Of a stretch of 64,000 nucleotides of DNA, positions 36,976 to 46,475 are shown one piece after another. The notes beneath the pieces are model-generated. The model did no database searches, was not told the DNA's origin, and saw nothing but the letters and a program-made list of their open reading frames with translations. The translations under genes were made by a program, and so were the position numbers. How positions within the stretch are numbered: the first letter of the stretch is position 1; each line of letters begins with the position of its first letter. This stretch comes from Lachnospiraceae bacterium (GTDB taxonomy: Bacteria > Bacillota > Clostridia > Lachnospirales > Lachnospiraceae), in assembly GCA_024693225.1 (NCBI GenBank), contig JAILLI010000068.1, positions 13,929-77,928 on the forward strand. The letters are read 5' to 3'.

Positions 36976-38247
36976 TTACTCTTCGGGCAGCATTATAATG
37001 CTCGCAAGGCTTCCCCGGTTCCCCTTCATCCCCCTGTGGGAGAAAAACCTGTCGGGACGGCACATGGTACATTCCCCTAGTATGTTAATATGTTTTTCGG
37101 AAATGTCAAGCATTTTCATTCTTTCCTTTACAACTCCCTTAAGATCCAGCATGAACTTATCGCCTCGTGCCCTGTAATATTTACCGGCTTCATCCCCTAT
37201 AAGGGCAGCTGCAGCATCAACCACCTCGCCCCCGACTTCAAAGCAGCATTTATCTATGGCGGGACCTATTGCCGCATGTATGTCCTCCGGTCTTGAGCCC
37301 AGAGATACGAAAGCATCCACTGCATTTTTTATTATATCGGCAACGACACTTCTCCACCCGCAGTGTATGGCTCCCACGATGCCGGCTCTTACATCCTCCA
37401 TGAGCAAAGGTATACAGTCGGATGAAAATATGGCAAGGGGCAGGCCCCTTGTGGCTGTTACATAACCGTCGCATACATTCTTAAAGCTGTCCGAGTATAT
37501 ACATACGGCATCATCCCTGCCGGCAATGCACACCGTATTTTCATGCACCTGCCTGCCGCACACGATCCTGTCCTTATATATACCGGCAGATGCCAGAAAC
37601 CTCCTCCAGTTCTCGGCAACCCTGGCCTTCTCATCGCCCCTGTAAAGACCAAGGTTCAGTGTTGCGAACATGCCGCTGCTCACTCCGCCCCTCCGGGTCG
37701 AAAACCCGTGCGGACATGACAGATTATCAGACCTTATGGTTTCGATCTTCTCGGTAAGATCTTCGCATCTTACAAGCTCATCTCCCCTGTATTCAACAAC
37801 CATGTCTATCTGCTTCCTGCCTTCTAAAAGGGGGCCAACGAAATACCTGTCACCTTCCCAGGTAGGAAGAGTAAGTACCTTATCGGCCGGCACCCAGCTA
37901 AGCTCTCCTTCATCACATGAACTTCTGGCCTCTCCTTTGTATCCGTCCGCATAGTAAAGATACATATCCTCATCTTCCCAGGTGTCTGATATGAACTTGA
38001 CAAGGCCGCACAGCCTGTACCGGGTAAGTGTCAGGCCGGTCTCCTCGAAGACCTCGCGACAGACACACTCATCGGCAGTCTCGCCCTCCTCGAACTTACC
38101 ACCTACCCCTATCCACTTGCCCCCGTTAAGGTCGTTCTCCTTTCCGGTCCTGTGGATGAGCAGATATTCGTTCTTTTCATTCTTTATATAGCATAATGTT
38201 GTATTCATAGGGCATATTATACCACAGTCCGGCCGGTCGTCATACAT
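36976..38247 (-). CDS. Fusion protein: Nudix hydrolase (MutT-like) + PgeF/YfiH (DUF152, purine nucleoside phosphorylase / peptidoglycan editing factor family)
   Basis: The Nudix box is GGKFEEGETADECVCREVFEETGL. The PgeF blocks are HGFSTRRGGVS, GRQVHENTV, SSDCIPLL, AIHCGWRS and FFSHRG. The start may instead be the ATG at 38208 (MNTTLCY). Confidence 0.8.
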   Translation of the reverse strand: MYDDRPDCGIICPMNTTLCYIKNEKNEYLLIHRTGKENDLNGGKWIGVGGKFEEGETADECVCREVFEETGLTLTRYRLCGLVKFISDTWEDEDMYLYYADGYKGEARSSCDEGELSWVPADKVLTLPTWEGDRYFVGPLLEGRKQIDMVVEYRGDELVRCEDLTEKIETIRSDNLSCPHGFSTRRGGVSSGMFATLNLGLYRGDEKARVAENWRRFLASAGIYKDRIVCGRQVHENTVCIAGRDDAVCIYSDSFKNVCDGYVTATRGLPLAIFSSDCIPLLMEDVRAGIVGAIHCGWRSVVADIIKNAVDAFVSLGSRPEDIHAAIGPAIDKCCFEVGGEVVDAAAALIGDEAGKYYRARGDKFMLDLKGVVKERMKMLDISEKHINILGECTMCRPDRFFSHRGMKGNRGSLASIIMLPEE

Positions 38248-38426
38248 TATCTTCGGCCGGACAGAGTGTTTCCGCAGGGACCATGTGGAGGCGCCGGTAC
38301 TTGGCCGGTGTATTTTGCCGGCTTATGTACCGCTGCGCCGGAACACGAGCGGGAGCGCGTCCCGGCGGGAATGCTCTGGCCGGCCGTCTCCCCCGTCCCT
38401 TGCCATACTGTGCTATAATATCCTTT

Positions 38427-39836
38427 ATGAGTACGACAGACACCTCAAAAGCCCAATATGACATGATGACAAAGCGTCCCATCCCCCGCCTTATCATCAC
38501 CCTCGCAATCCCCACCATCTTGAGCATGATGGTGACGACCATATACAATCTCGTTGATACCGCCTTCGTTGGAACCCTGGGGACCTCCCAGAGTGGAGCA
38601 GTAGGCATAGTCTTCGGTTTCATGGCCATCATGCAGGCCTTCGGCTTCATGTTCGGCCAGGGTGCCGGAAGCCTTGTGGCAAGAAAGCTCGGAGCCAGGG
38701 ATAAGGGGGCGGCCGACATAGTCGCATCCACAGGCTTTGCCGCATCTTTTACCTGCGGCATACTGATAGCCGTTTTCGGTTTTATATTTGAAGACCCCCT
38801 CATAAACATGCTGGGCAGCACTCCTACCATTGCCCCGCATGCCAAAGCCTATCTGAACAACATAATGTTTGTGGCCCCCTTCTGCACCTCCAGTTTCACC
38901 CTGAACAACCTCCTTCGTTACGAGGGCAAGGCAAAGCTGGGTATGATAGGCCTCCTTACCGGAGGTATACTAAACATAGGCGGCGATGCCCTCTTCATCT
39001 TCGGCATGGGCATGGGAACGGCCGGCGCCGGACTGTCCACGGCCATTTCCCAGTTCATAGGCTTTACCATACTCTTCTACATGTTCATATCCGGCAGAAC
39101 CCAGGCAAGACTGTCCTTTTCCTTTATAAGGCCGCTTGGCGGGGTTCTCCTTGAGATAACGGAGATCGGCTTTCCTTCTCTCCTGCGTCAGGGCCTTGGC
39201 AGCTTTACGACCATACTTGTCAATTTCAAGGCGGCGGAGTATGCAGGGGATGCGGGTGTATCCGCCATGACCATAGTTACCCGCATAGCCTTCTTCCTCT
39301 TTGCCATAGCGCTTGGTATCGGCCAGGGCTTTCAGCCCGTATGCGCCTTCAATTACGGAGCCGGCAAATTCAGACGTCAGCGCCAGGCATACAGATTTAC
39401 CCTTATACTTTCCATGGTGGTCCTTGCGGTTCTTACCGTATTTGCCATGGTATTCTCGGGAGGACTGATCCGGGTATTCAGGGATGACCCGGCAGTTATA
39501 GAGATAGGTACAAGGGCTTTGCAGCTCCAGTGCGTATCCCAGCTCTTTATGCCCATTGTCATGATCACGGAGATGCTCATGCAGTCAAGCGGCAAAAAAA
39601 TCCCCGCGACCGTGCTGTCATCACTTCGCGGGGGTGTAATCCTTGTTCCTCTTTTATTTATCCTGCCTCTTATCCGGGGACTTGCCGGTGTTCAGGAGGC
39701 CCAGCCTCTTGCCTACATCCTGTCGGTGCCTCCGGCCATCTACGTGGCAAAGCGTTTCTTCGCTTCAACTCCCAATGAAGACCTACCTTCCGTTCGCGAG
39801 GAAGAAAAGAGCGATGGTACCGGGTCCGGCATGTGA
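38427..39836 (+). CDS. MATE-family efflux transporter
   Basis: I place the start at MSTTDTSKAQYDMMTKRPIPRLIITLAIPTILSMMVTTIYNLVDTAFVG. The protein has 12 predicted TM segments. A perfect TATAAT (38414-38419) ends 7 nt before this ATG. The Arg-rich 48-aa extension in the ORF track is implausible. Confidence 0.8.
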   Translation: MSTTDTSKAQYDMMTKRPIPRLIITLAIPTILSMMVTTIYNLVDTAFVGTLGTSQSGAVGIVFGFMAIMQAFGFMFGQGAGSLVARKLGARDKGAADIVASTGFAASFTCGILIAVFGFIFEDPLINMLGSTPTIAPHAKAYLNNIMFVAPFCTSSFTLNNLLRYEGKAKLGMIGLLTGGILNIGGDALFIFGMGMGTAGAGLSTAISQFIGFTILFYMFISGRTQARLSFSFIRPLGGVLLEITEIGFPSLLRQGLGSFTTILVNFKAAEYAGDAGVSAMTIVTRIAFFLFAIALGIGQGFQPVCAFNYGAGKFRRQRQAYRFTLILSMVVLAVLTVFAMVFSGGLIRVFRDDPAVIEIGTRALQLQCVSQLFMPIVMITEMLMQSSGKKIPATVLSSLRGGVILVPLLFILPLIRGLAGVQEAQPLAYILSVPPAIYVAKRFFASTPNEDLPSVREEEKSDGTGSGM

Positions 39837-40643
39837 CCCTATTATCATTCCTATCTCGGTTATAAGGGCACATTCGCTCCCGCCCTCGGCAACGATCATG
39901 CTCTCAAGAAGCTTTGCATCCTCAAAGCAGTCTCCATGTGAAATGAAATATTTTCCCTTGGGATCGAGTGCGTTCTCAATATACTTTTTGGCAATGGCTT
40001 TAAGTGACTGCTCTCTTCCACGGACCTTCATCATATTGATCAGACGTCCGTCATCATCAACATGAAGGACGGGCTTGATGCCCAGTACTCCGCCTGCAAA
40101 AGCCGCAGCAGCGCTCACTCTTCCGCCCCGCTTTAGGTATACCAGGTCTTCCACAGTGAACCAGTGTGCGAGCTTGGGTATCATCTCCCTTATATACTGT
40201 GCGTTTTCCTCTATACCTGCCCCGGCCTTCTTCTTCTCGACCGCATAGTAGAGCATCAGTCCCTGGCCTGCCGAAGCCGACAGTGTATCTATGGTTATCA
40301 GCTTACGGTCCGGGTATTCATCCCTCAGCTCATTGGCCGCCATTTCAGCGGAATTGGACGTGGCACTTATACCCGATGAAAATCCTATGTAAAGGATGTC
40401 ATGTCCCTTCTTGAGGTCCTCCTCGAAGAGTTCCTTAAAGCTCTGTGAGTTGACGGCGCTCGTCCTGCTCACCTCTCCGGCTCTCATCCTGGTGTAGAAT
40501 TCCTTCTTGGACATATCTCCTTCCTTGTGCTCCTGATCTCCTTCAAAATGGAAGGTCAGCCCGCGAAATCCTACTTCCCACTCCTTAAGGGTATCGAACT
40601 CTATATCGCATCCGGTATCCGACATGATCACATAATTATTCAT
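39783..40643 (-). CDS. DegV-family fatty-acid-binding protein
   Basis: The protein is 286 aa. The N-terminus is IMSDTGCDI, and the DegV blocks ISATSNSA and LKRGGRVS are present. Its 3' end overlaps the MATE gene 3' end by 54 nt (convergent). Confidence 0.8.
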   Translation of the reverse strand: MNNYVIMSDTGCDIEFDTLKEWEVGFRGLTFHFEGDQEHKEGDMSKKEFYTRMRAGEVSRTSAVNSQSFKELFEEDLKKGHDILYIGFSSGISATSNSAEMAANELRDEYPDRKLITIDTLSASAGQGLMLYYAVEKKKAGAGIEENAQYIREMIPKLAHWFTVEDLVYLKRGGRVSAAAAFAGGVLGIKPVLHVDDDGRLINMMKVRGREQSLKAIAKKYIENALDPKGKYFISHGDCFEDAKLLESMIVAEGGSECALITEIGMIIGSHAGPGTIALFFLANGR

Positions 40644-40798
40644 ATTTCCTCCAACTTATACAAGTCAAGCACACCATCTAATCTACTACATTAGATTATC
40701 AAGTGTGCATAACTATGTCAATAGAAAAAAATAGATGAAATCTAGACTTTATCTTGGTATAATGTAATCTATAAAAATATATGACCGGAGAATATGAA

Positions 40799-41407
40799 AT
40801 GAATTTTGACAAAGAACTTGTTGCGGGAAAGCTCCGCCGCTGGGAAAAATATCTGGAGGACTTCAAGCTTCCGGGCTGGAACGAAATACCTGACATCGGC
40901 CTTTATATGGAGCAGGTCATAATACTCCTTAAGGAATATCTTGATTACCTGCCTCCGGAACTTAAGGACGAGCAGATCATCACGGCCGCCACCATCAACA
41001 ATTACGTCCGTACCAAGATCATGCCCGAGCCCATCAAGAAGAAATACTACAGGGAGCATATAGCTTATCTTGTTATGATATGTACCATGAAGCAGATACT
41101 CCCGATAGCGGTCATATCCCGCATAATACCCATGAACATCCCGGGTGATGAGGTCCGCGCCATATATGACAGATACTCTGACAAGCACCAGCAGACAAAG
41201 GGATATTTCCTCAAGCAGATCCGTCTGGTCGCAGGACCCATACTCGACCATGCCGAGATCATCGAAGAAAGTGCGACCGACACTTCGGATCTTATCATCA
41301 TGTGCACGATCTTCGCCGGCTTCTCAAGGCTTCTGGCCGAAAAGCTCCTCCTGCTCGACGGCAGGGATCTGACAAACGGAGGCAGTATAGAGATAAGAAA
41401 GAGGTGA
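40799..41407 (+). CDS. DUF1836-family protein
   Basis: The blocks IGLYMEQVIILLKEYL and ITAATINNYVRTKIMPEP are present. I prefer the ATG at 40799 (GGAGAA 6 nt upstream) over the ORF-track start at 40781. Confidence 0.65.
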   Translation: MNFDKELVAGKLRRWEKYLEDFKLPGWNEIPDIGLYMEQVIILLKEYLDYLPPELKDEQIITAATINNYVRTKIMPEPIKKKYYREHIAYLVMICTMKQILPIAVISRIIPMNIPGDEVRAIYDRYSDKHQQTKGYFLKQIRLVAGPILDHAEIIEESATDTSDLIIMCTIFAGFSRLLAEKLLLLDGRDLTNGGSIEIRKR

Positions 41408-41412
41408 CAGCG

Positions 41413-43257
41413 TCACCTCTTGTGTTTTGCCCTTTTTTCCTTGTACATTTCCTGGTCCGCCAGCTCTATCAGGCTGGAAAGCGGCTTGTTATTGTTATAG
41501 GGGACCATGTGATAGCCTATGCTGGCATCAAGGGTGTACCTTCTTTCCTCATCATCAATTTCGTTCAGCTCACGCATGGCCTTCCGTATCCTCTCGATGC
41601 TCTCCTCAACTTCACTGTCACTCCTGCCCTTGCCGAACATGACAAATTCATCTCCGCCGTACCTCATAAGGAGCTCGTCCTTATTGCGTATCTTGCGCAA
41701 TACATCAGCCATGTCGCATATCATCCTGTCTCCCATCTCATGTCCGAGCGCATCATTTACCTTCTTGAGGCCGTCAAGATCCAGGAAGATAAAGTACATG
41801 TTCTCACGTAAGGTGGCGGCTTCCTGCATGATCTTCTCGGAGAACTTGAAAAAGCCCGCACGGTTATAAACGTGTGTCATGGGATCGAACACCCACATCT
41901 CGTCAAGGGTCTTGATCATCTTCTGCATCTTGCGCACGTTGTGGACCTGCTCAAAGGCTGATGAAAGGGTCATCATAAGGACCCTGTAGAACTCCGAAAA
42001 GAGAGGCATCGTGGAATTGCGTATGGATGCCAGACCGTAGAACCGGTCCCTGTAATGGAGTGAATATACTATAAAGAGATTGCCGCCCTTATCCGGATCG
42101 AACTTGGGGTGGCGTTCGAGAGCCGTCTCATTTACTATGTTAAGGAACTCCCCGTTCCTGTATGATATACCGCTTACGGGTGAAGTTGTAAGATCCGTAC
42201 TCTCCGGGTCATCAAACATGCTGATCACAAAGGCATCCCCTCCAAGCTCCGGTATACGGCTCTTTAGCGAGGTGCATATCTCCTCAATGGACACTGCATT
42301 TGTCAGCTCAACCGTCAGCTCGCTTATCATCTCCGCATATCTTGCCTCGCGGAGCTTGTTGCGCGAATACTGGTTTACGACAAGCCGGTGGTTGACCGGA
42401 CGCACGGCATTGCATCCGCAGCTCTCGGCAAAAACAGCCTGGGATGATATCACGGGATCGGCATCATATCTCTTTTTTTCTATGGCACGGATAACGTTCT
42501 TGTAGGCGGTCTCACCTATCTTCTTTTCAAAGCGGTTGACACTGGTGATACGGGGGTAATGGTTGGCAGCCTCGAAGATGTTGTCGTATCCGGACAGTAT
42601 GGTGTTTTCCGGAACGCGTATCCCCCTGTCGTTGAGGGCATAAAATGCTCCGAGGGCCATCTGGTCATTGGCACATACGTATGCATCGGCTTCGAGAAGA
42701 CCCATGGACTCAAAATGCCTTACAGCAGCCCTTCCGCTCCTGGCATAGTAATCTCCCGAATAGCACCGTCTCTCGTCAAGCACCATTCCCGCCTTCTCCA
42801 TCTCCTCCGAGAAGACCCGCTTACGGATGACGGCATCTATCGAATCCTCCGGACCGCCTATGTAATTGACGATCCTGATGCCGTGTTCCTCGATCAGATG
42901 CTTTGAAAGGGCCCGCATGGCGCTCTCGTTGTCACTGCTGACATTTATCATGCCGTCTATGGGAAAATCTATGGAGGCACACGGCTTGTTCTGGCTTAAT
43001 ATCTTGTCGATGACTACCTGCCTGATCTTCTCCGAGTAGATGCTCTCCGCATAGATGATAAAGCCGTCATAGACCGAAAAATCATCATGGAGCATGGCAG
43101 CGCTCTCACCCTCGTTGAAATCATCATCGACCGAGAGTGTCAGACAGTAAACGACAATATTGTTGCCGTCTTCCTTTGCCGCCTCGGCTATTCCTTCAAG
43201 GACCTTACGCTGCGTATCTAATTGTAGTTCACCAAGAAAAAAAGCTATATTACGCAT
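41413..43257 (-). CDS. Cytoplasmic diguanylate cyclase with LacI/periplasmic-binding-protein-like sugar-binding N-terminal domain
   Basis: The N-terminal half resembles a Peripla_BP ligand domain (IVNYIGGPEDS, CANDQMALGAF). The C-terminal GGDEF domain contains RYGGDEFVMF. I place the start at MRNIAFFLG (43257) to avoid overlapping the patatin gene. Confidence 0.75.
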   Translation of the reverse strand: MRNIAFFLGELQLDTQRKVLEGIAEAAKEDGNNIVVYCLTLSVDDDFNEGESAAMLHDDFSVYDGFIIYAESIYSEKIRQVVIDKILSQNKPCASIDFPIDGMINVSSDNESAMRALSKHLIEEHGIRIVNYIGGPEDSIDAVIRKRVFSEEMEKAGMVLDERRCYSGDYYARSGRAAVRHFESMGLLEADAYVCANDQMALGAFYALNDRGIRVPENTILSGYDNIFEAANHYPRITSVNRFEKKIGETAYKNVIRAIEKKRYDADPVISSQAVFAESCGCNAVRPVNHRLVVNQYSRNKLREARYAEMISELTVELTNAVSIEEICTSLKSRIPELGGDAFVISMFDDPESTDLTTSPVSGISYRNGEFLNIVNETALERHPKFDPDKGGNLFIVYSLHYRDRFYGLASIRNSTMPLFSEFYRVLMMTLSSAFEQVHNVRKMQKMIKTLDEMWVFDPMTHVYNRAGFFKFSEKIMQEAATLRENMYFIFLDLDGLKKVNDALGHEMGDRMICDMADVLRKIRNKDELLMRYGGDEFVMFGKGRSDSEVEESIERIRKAMRELNEIDDEERRYTLDASIGYHMVPYNNNKPLSSLIELADQEMYKEKRAKHKR

Positions 43258-43267
43258 ATATATGATT

Positions 43268-44116
43268 TTATCCCAAACCGAGAAAACGTTCAAGGGCAGG
43301 CATGAGTTCCGTTGCTTCGCTTCTTCCAAGCTCATAGGCCTCTCTCATGACAAGAGGATCATGGCACAGGTGTCCTAATGGCAGGGGGGATTTGGGACAT
43401 ATGACGAAGTTGTCCCCCTCCTTTTCCCGCCTTAAGCAGTATTCGAACTGGTCGTTATAACTTATATGTCTTATCTGCATCGCATGGACGAGAGCCGGGT
43501 ATGCCCTGTATTTGAGCCTTACAAGGGGCATGGTCCTGTCCGGGCTCTTCCTGTAGCCCCGGGGCTTTGTAAGAACGGTCACGTTCCGCTTGCACCCCAG
43601 TGCCTCCGAAGCCTTAAGGGGGATCGAATCCGATACTCCTCCGTCAAGATAATTTCCTCCGCCTATATGGACTATGTTGGACACAAGGGGCATGGAGGAA
43701 CTAGCCCTCATCCACTCAAGCTCCTCATAGGAGGCATCCTTCATCAGGTGATATCCCGCTTCACCGGTATCAACATCGGTGACCACAACATAAAAGGGAA
43801 TGCCCGAGGCCACAAAAGCCTCCTCGTCAAACCTGTCAAGCTCCACGGGAAGGGTATGATAGCAAAACTCGGCCCCGAAGATATCCCCGGTCTTTATAAG
43901 AGATGAAAAACTGCAGTACCTCTTATCCTTTGCGTACTTCATGTTATAACGGATGGTCCTGCCGGTCTGTCCGGATACATAATTGCATCCGAAGCAGGCG
44001 CCCGCGCTCACTCCGATAACATTATCAAACCTTATCCCGTTTTCCATGAGGACATCGAGCACTCCCGCGGTAAAAAGGCCCCGCATGGCTCCGCCCTCGA
44101 GAACAAGTCCCGTCAT
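43268..44116 (-). CDS. Patatin-like phospholipase
   Basis: The oxyanion motif is LEGGAMRG, the nucleophile motif is GVSAGA, and a catalytic-dyad Asp is present in DGG. Confidence 0.85.
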   Translation of the reverse strand: MTGLVLEGGAMRGLFTAGVLDVLMENGIRFDNVIGVSAGACFGCNYVSGQTGRTIRYNMKYAKDKRYCSFSSLIKTGDIFGAEFCYHTLPVELDRFDEEAFVASGIPFYVVVTDVDTGEAGYHLMKDASYEELEWMRASSSMPLVSNIVHIGGGNYLDGGVSDSIPLKASEALGCKRNVTVLTKPRGYRKSPDRTMPLVRLKYRAYPALVHAMQIRHISYNDQFEYCLRREKEGDNFVICPKSPLPLGHLCHDPLVMREAYELGRSEATELMPALERFLGLG

Positions 44117-44994
44117 ATGACAAACTCCGCTGCTTCATGCATGTTGATTATCTCTGCCCTGTCCGCCATCCCTCCGAACTCACCGTCGAGGTTCCATGGA
44201 ATGGGCTCATCGGATTCGAAGGACAGCCTTGAGCACTTAAAACAGATGACATTATCCGATCTTATCCTTCTGTCGAGTATCGCCGGCCCTATGAGGTTAT
44301 AATCCAGTATGCTGTCCGGCTCTCTTATGAGCATGACCTCAAATATGCCGTCATCAAGTTCCACATCGGGTCCCGGTATGGCCTTCATGCCGCCGACCGA
44401 ATCCGAATTGGTGACAAGTCCCACTATAAAGCTGTCCTTTATGACCTTGTCGTCATAGGTGATCCGTAAAGGGATGGACCTTGCTGCCGGCAACCTTCTG
44501 ATGGCTTCTGCCACGTATGCCGTATAGCCGAATATGTTCTTCATACCCTGATCCGTCTCATAGGTAACATCCGTAAAGAGACCGAAAGCCGCAACGTATA
44601 CAAAGTACCTGTCATTGAACTTCCCCAGATCGCATTTGAAGAGATTGTCCGAAACAGCCCTTTGGGCCGCTCTCTTTGGAGTCCTGGGAATGCCTATGCT
44701 CCTTGCGAAATCATTCGTTGATCCCGTCGGCAGATAGCCTATTGGGATCCTGACGCCGGACGTCATAAGACCCGTTACTATCTCGTCAAGGGTACCGTCT
44801 CCGCCGGCACATACTATCCTGTCAAAATCCTTTGACCACTCTCTTGCCGTCACCTCACCGTCTCCCCGGCACTGGGTGGGATATATGGTCACTCTGTAGC
44901 CGGCCTTTGTAAAGATGTCTACAATGGCATCGAGATGGTTTGCAATATTCCCCTTACCGGCCTTTGGATTGTATATGAACAGAAGGTTCCTCAT
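44113..44994 (-). CDS. Diacylglycerol kinase-family lipid kinase (second copy)
   Basis: The sequence runs MRNLLFIYNPKAGKG ... CAGGDGTLDEIVTG. The ORF-track start at 45030 is a TTG. The stop overlaps the patatin start (ATGA). Confidence 0.8.
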   Translation of the reverse strand: MRNLLFIYNPKAGKGNIANHLDAIVDIFTKAGYRVTIYPTQCRGDGEVTAREWSKDFDRIVCAGGDGTLDEIVTGLMTSGVRIPIGYLPTGSTNDFARSIGIPRTPKRAAQRAVSDNLFKCDLGKFNDRYFVYVAAFGLFTDVTYETDQGMKNIFGYTAYVAEAIRRLPAARSIPLRITYDDKVIKDSFIVGLVTNSDSVGGMKAIPGPDVELDDGIFEVMLIREPDSILDYNLIGPAILDRRIRSDNVICFKCSRLSFESDEPIPWNLDGEFGGMADRAEIINMHEAAEFVI

Positions 44995-45139
44995 ATGCGA
45001 AATACTACCATATTTACCCCTCAAAAACAAGGAAGGGCAAAAAGAGGGAAAACAGTTAAAAATCCACCTCTCTTATGGTATAATGTCAAAGGCCTCTTAT
45101 AGGGCCGTATGATCATGTTACATGTGAAAGGAGTATAAA

Positions 45140-46030
45140 ATGACCGGTTTGTTCCTTCTATTAATTCTTGTTGTCCTGTTCATCATCTTATGTGTCAGGA
45201 TAATATGCATAGTTCCCCAGGCAAACGCCTGGGTCATCGAGTTCCTCGGCAAATACCACAGTTCATGGGCCGCAGGTCTCCACCTCAAGGTTCCCTTCTT
45301 CTTCAGGATAGTCAAAAAGGTTTCCCTGAAGGAGCAGGTCGCCGATTTCGAACCCCAGCCCGTTATCACCAAGGATAACGTAACGATGATGGTCGACTCG
45401 GTGGTATTCTTCTCCGTATTTGATGCCAAGCTCTTCACTTACGGGGTTGAGCGTCCCATAGCCGCCATCGAGAACCTGTCGGCAACAACACTTCGAAACA
45501 TAATCGGCAGCATGACCCTTGACGAGACCCTGACCAGCCGTGACGACATCAACTCACAGATCACAGTGATCCTTGATGAAGCAACGGATAAGTGGGGCAT
45601 CAAGGTCAGCCGTGTTGAGGTCAAGAACATAATGCCTCCCCAGTCCATACAGGATGCCATGGAGAAGCAGATGCGTGCCGAACGCGAAAAGCGTGAAGCC
45701 ATACTTACCGCCGAAGGTAAGAAGCAGTCGGCCATCACTCTTGCGGAAGGTGAGAAGCAGGCAGCCATCCTTCGTGCGGAAGCCGTCAAGGAACAACGTA
45801 TCCGCGAGGCGGAAGGTGAAGCGGAAGCCCTCCTTGCCGTACAGCGTGCCAAGGCCGAAGGTATCAGGCTCATCAATGAAGCCAATCCCACACAGCAGTA
45901 TCTTACCCTGCAGTCCTTTGATGCCGTAGCCAAGATGGCTGACGGACAGGCCACCAAGGTCATCGTTCCTTCGGATCTTGCAAATCTCGCAGGAGCCATT
46001 ACCGCTCTTTCGGAAAGTGCCAGACATTAA
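45140..46030 (+). CDS. SPFH/band-7 (stomatin/prohibitin-like) membrane protein
   Basis: An N-terminal TM segment is followed by an SPFH core (TKDNVTMMVDSVVFF) and a C-terminal Ala/Glu-rich coiled coil. Confidence 0.85.
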   Translation: MTGLFLLLILVVLFIILCVRIICIVPQANAWVIEFLGKYHSSWAAGLHLKVPFFFRIVKKVSLKEQVADFEPQPVITKDNVTMMVDSVVFFSVFDAKLFTYGVERPIAAIENLSATTLRNIIGSMTLDETLTSRDDINSQITVILDEATDKWGIKVSRVEVKNIMPPQSIQDAMEKQMRAEREKREAILTAEGKKQSAITLAEGEKQAAILRAEAVKEQRIREAEGEAEALLAVQRAKAEGIRLINEANPTQQYLTLQSFDAVAKMADGQATKVIVPSDLANLAGAITALSESARH

Positions 46031-46067
46031 CCGGACGGACTTGTTCAATGATATGTGAGGAAAATAT

Positions 46068-46475
46068 ATGGCTGAATTATTATCGACTGTCATCGTCGTT
46101 GTTGCGTTAGGTTTCGTGTTTAAAAAGATAAAGGAGCAGGGTACGGCCGCAGGAAAGAGCGGCACAAACAAGGGAGCTTCGGGCCCGTCCCGGTCCCGCA
46201 CCTTTACAAATTACAGACCCCATAAGGACATCATAAGTGTCAGCCGTGACATGAATGACAGGAACAATTCAGTCCTTCGGGATGATAAGACCAACGACTG
46301 GCTGGCAAGACAGCTCCGTGAAGAGCACAGGGCTTTCAAAGCGACAAGCGAGATGTTCGATCTGAAGATAGAGCATGCAAGTCATTGCGATGCACGCCTG
46401 CTCGAGCAGTTCCACAAAAGGAACTGTGATGCAAACGGGATAGATCTGGCAAACGGATCAACTCTTAGCAGATAA
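46068..46475 (+). CDS. Hypothetical small membrane-anchored protein
   Basis: SD GAGGAAAA is present. The N-terminal TM is LLSTVIVVVALGFVF. I recognised no family. Confidence 0.5.
   Translation: MAELLSTVIVVVALGFVFKKIKEQGTAAGKSGTNKGASGPSRSRTFTNYRPHKDIISVSRDMNDRNNSVLRDDKTNDWLARQLREEHRAFKATSEMFDLKIEHASHCDARLLEQFHKRNCDANGIDLANGSTLSR

Noticed and set aside
38283-38426. A 48-aa N-terminal extension of the MATE ORF (MWRRRYLAGVFCRLMYRCAGTRAGARPGG...).
   Set aside because: The extension is Arg/Gly-rich low-complexity translation of the GC-rich spacer. The MATE family N-terminus begins at the ATG at 38427.
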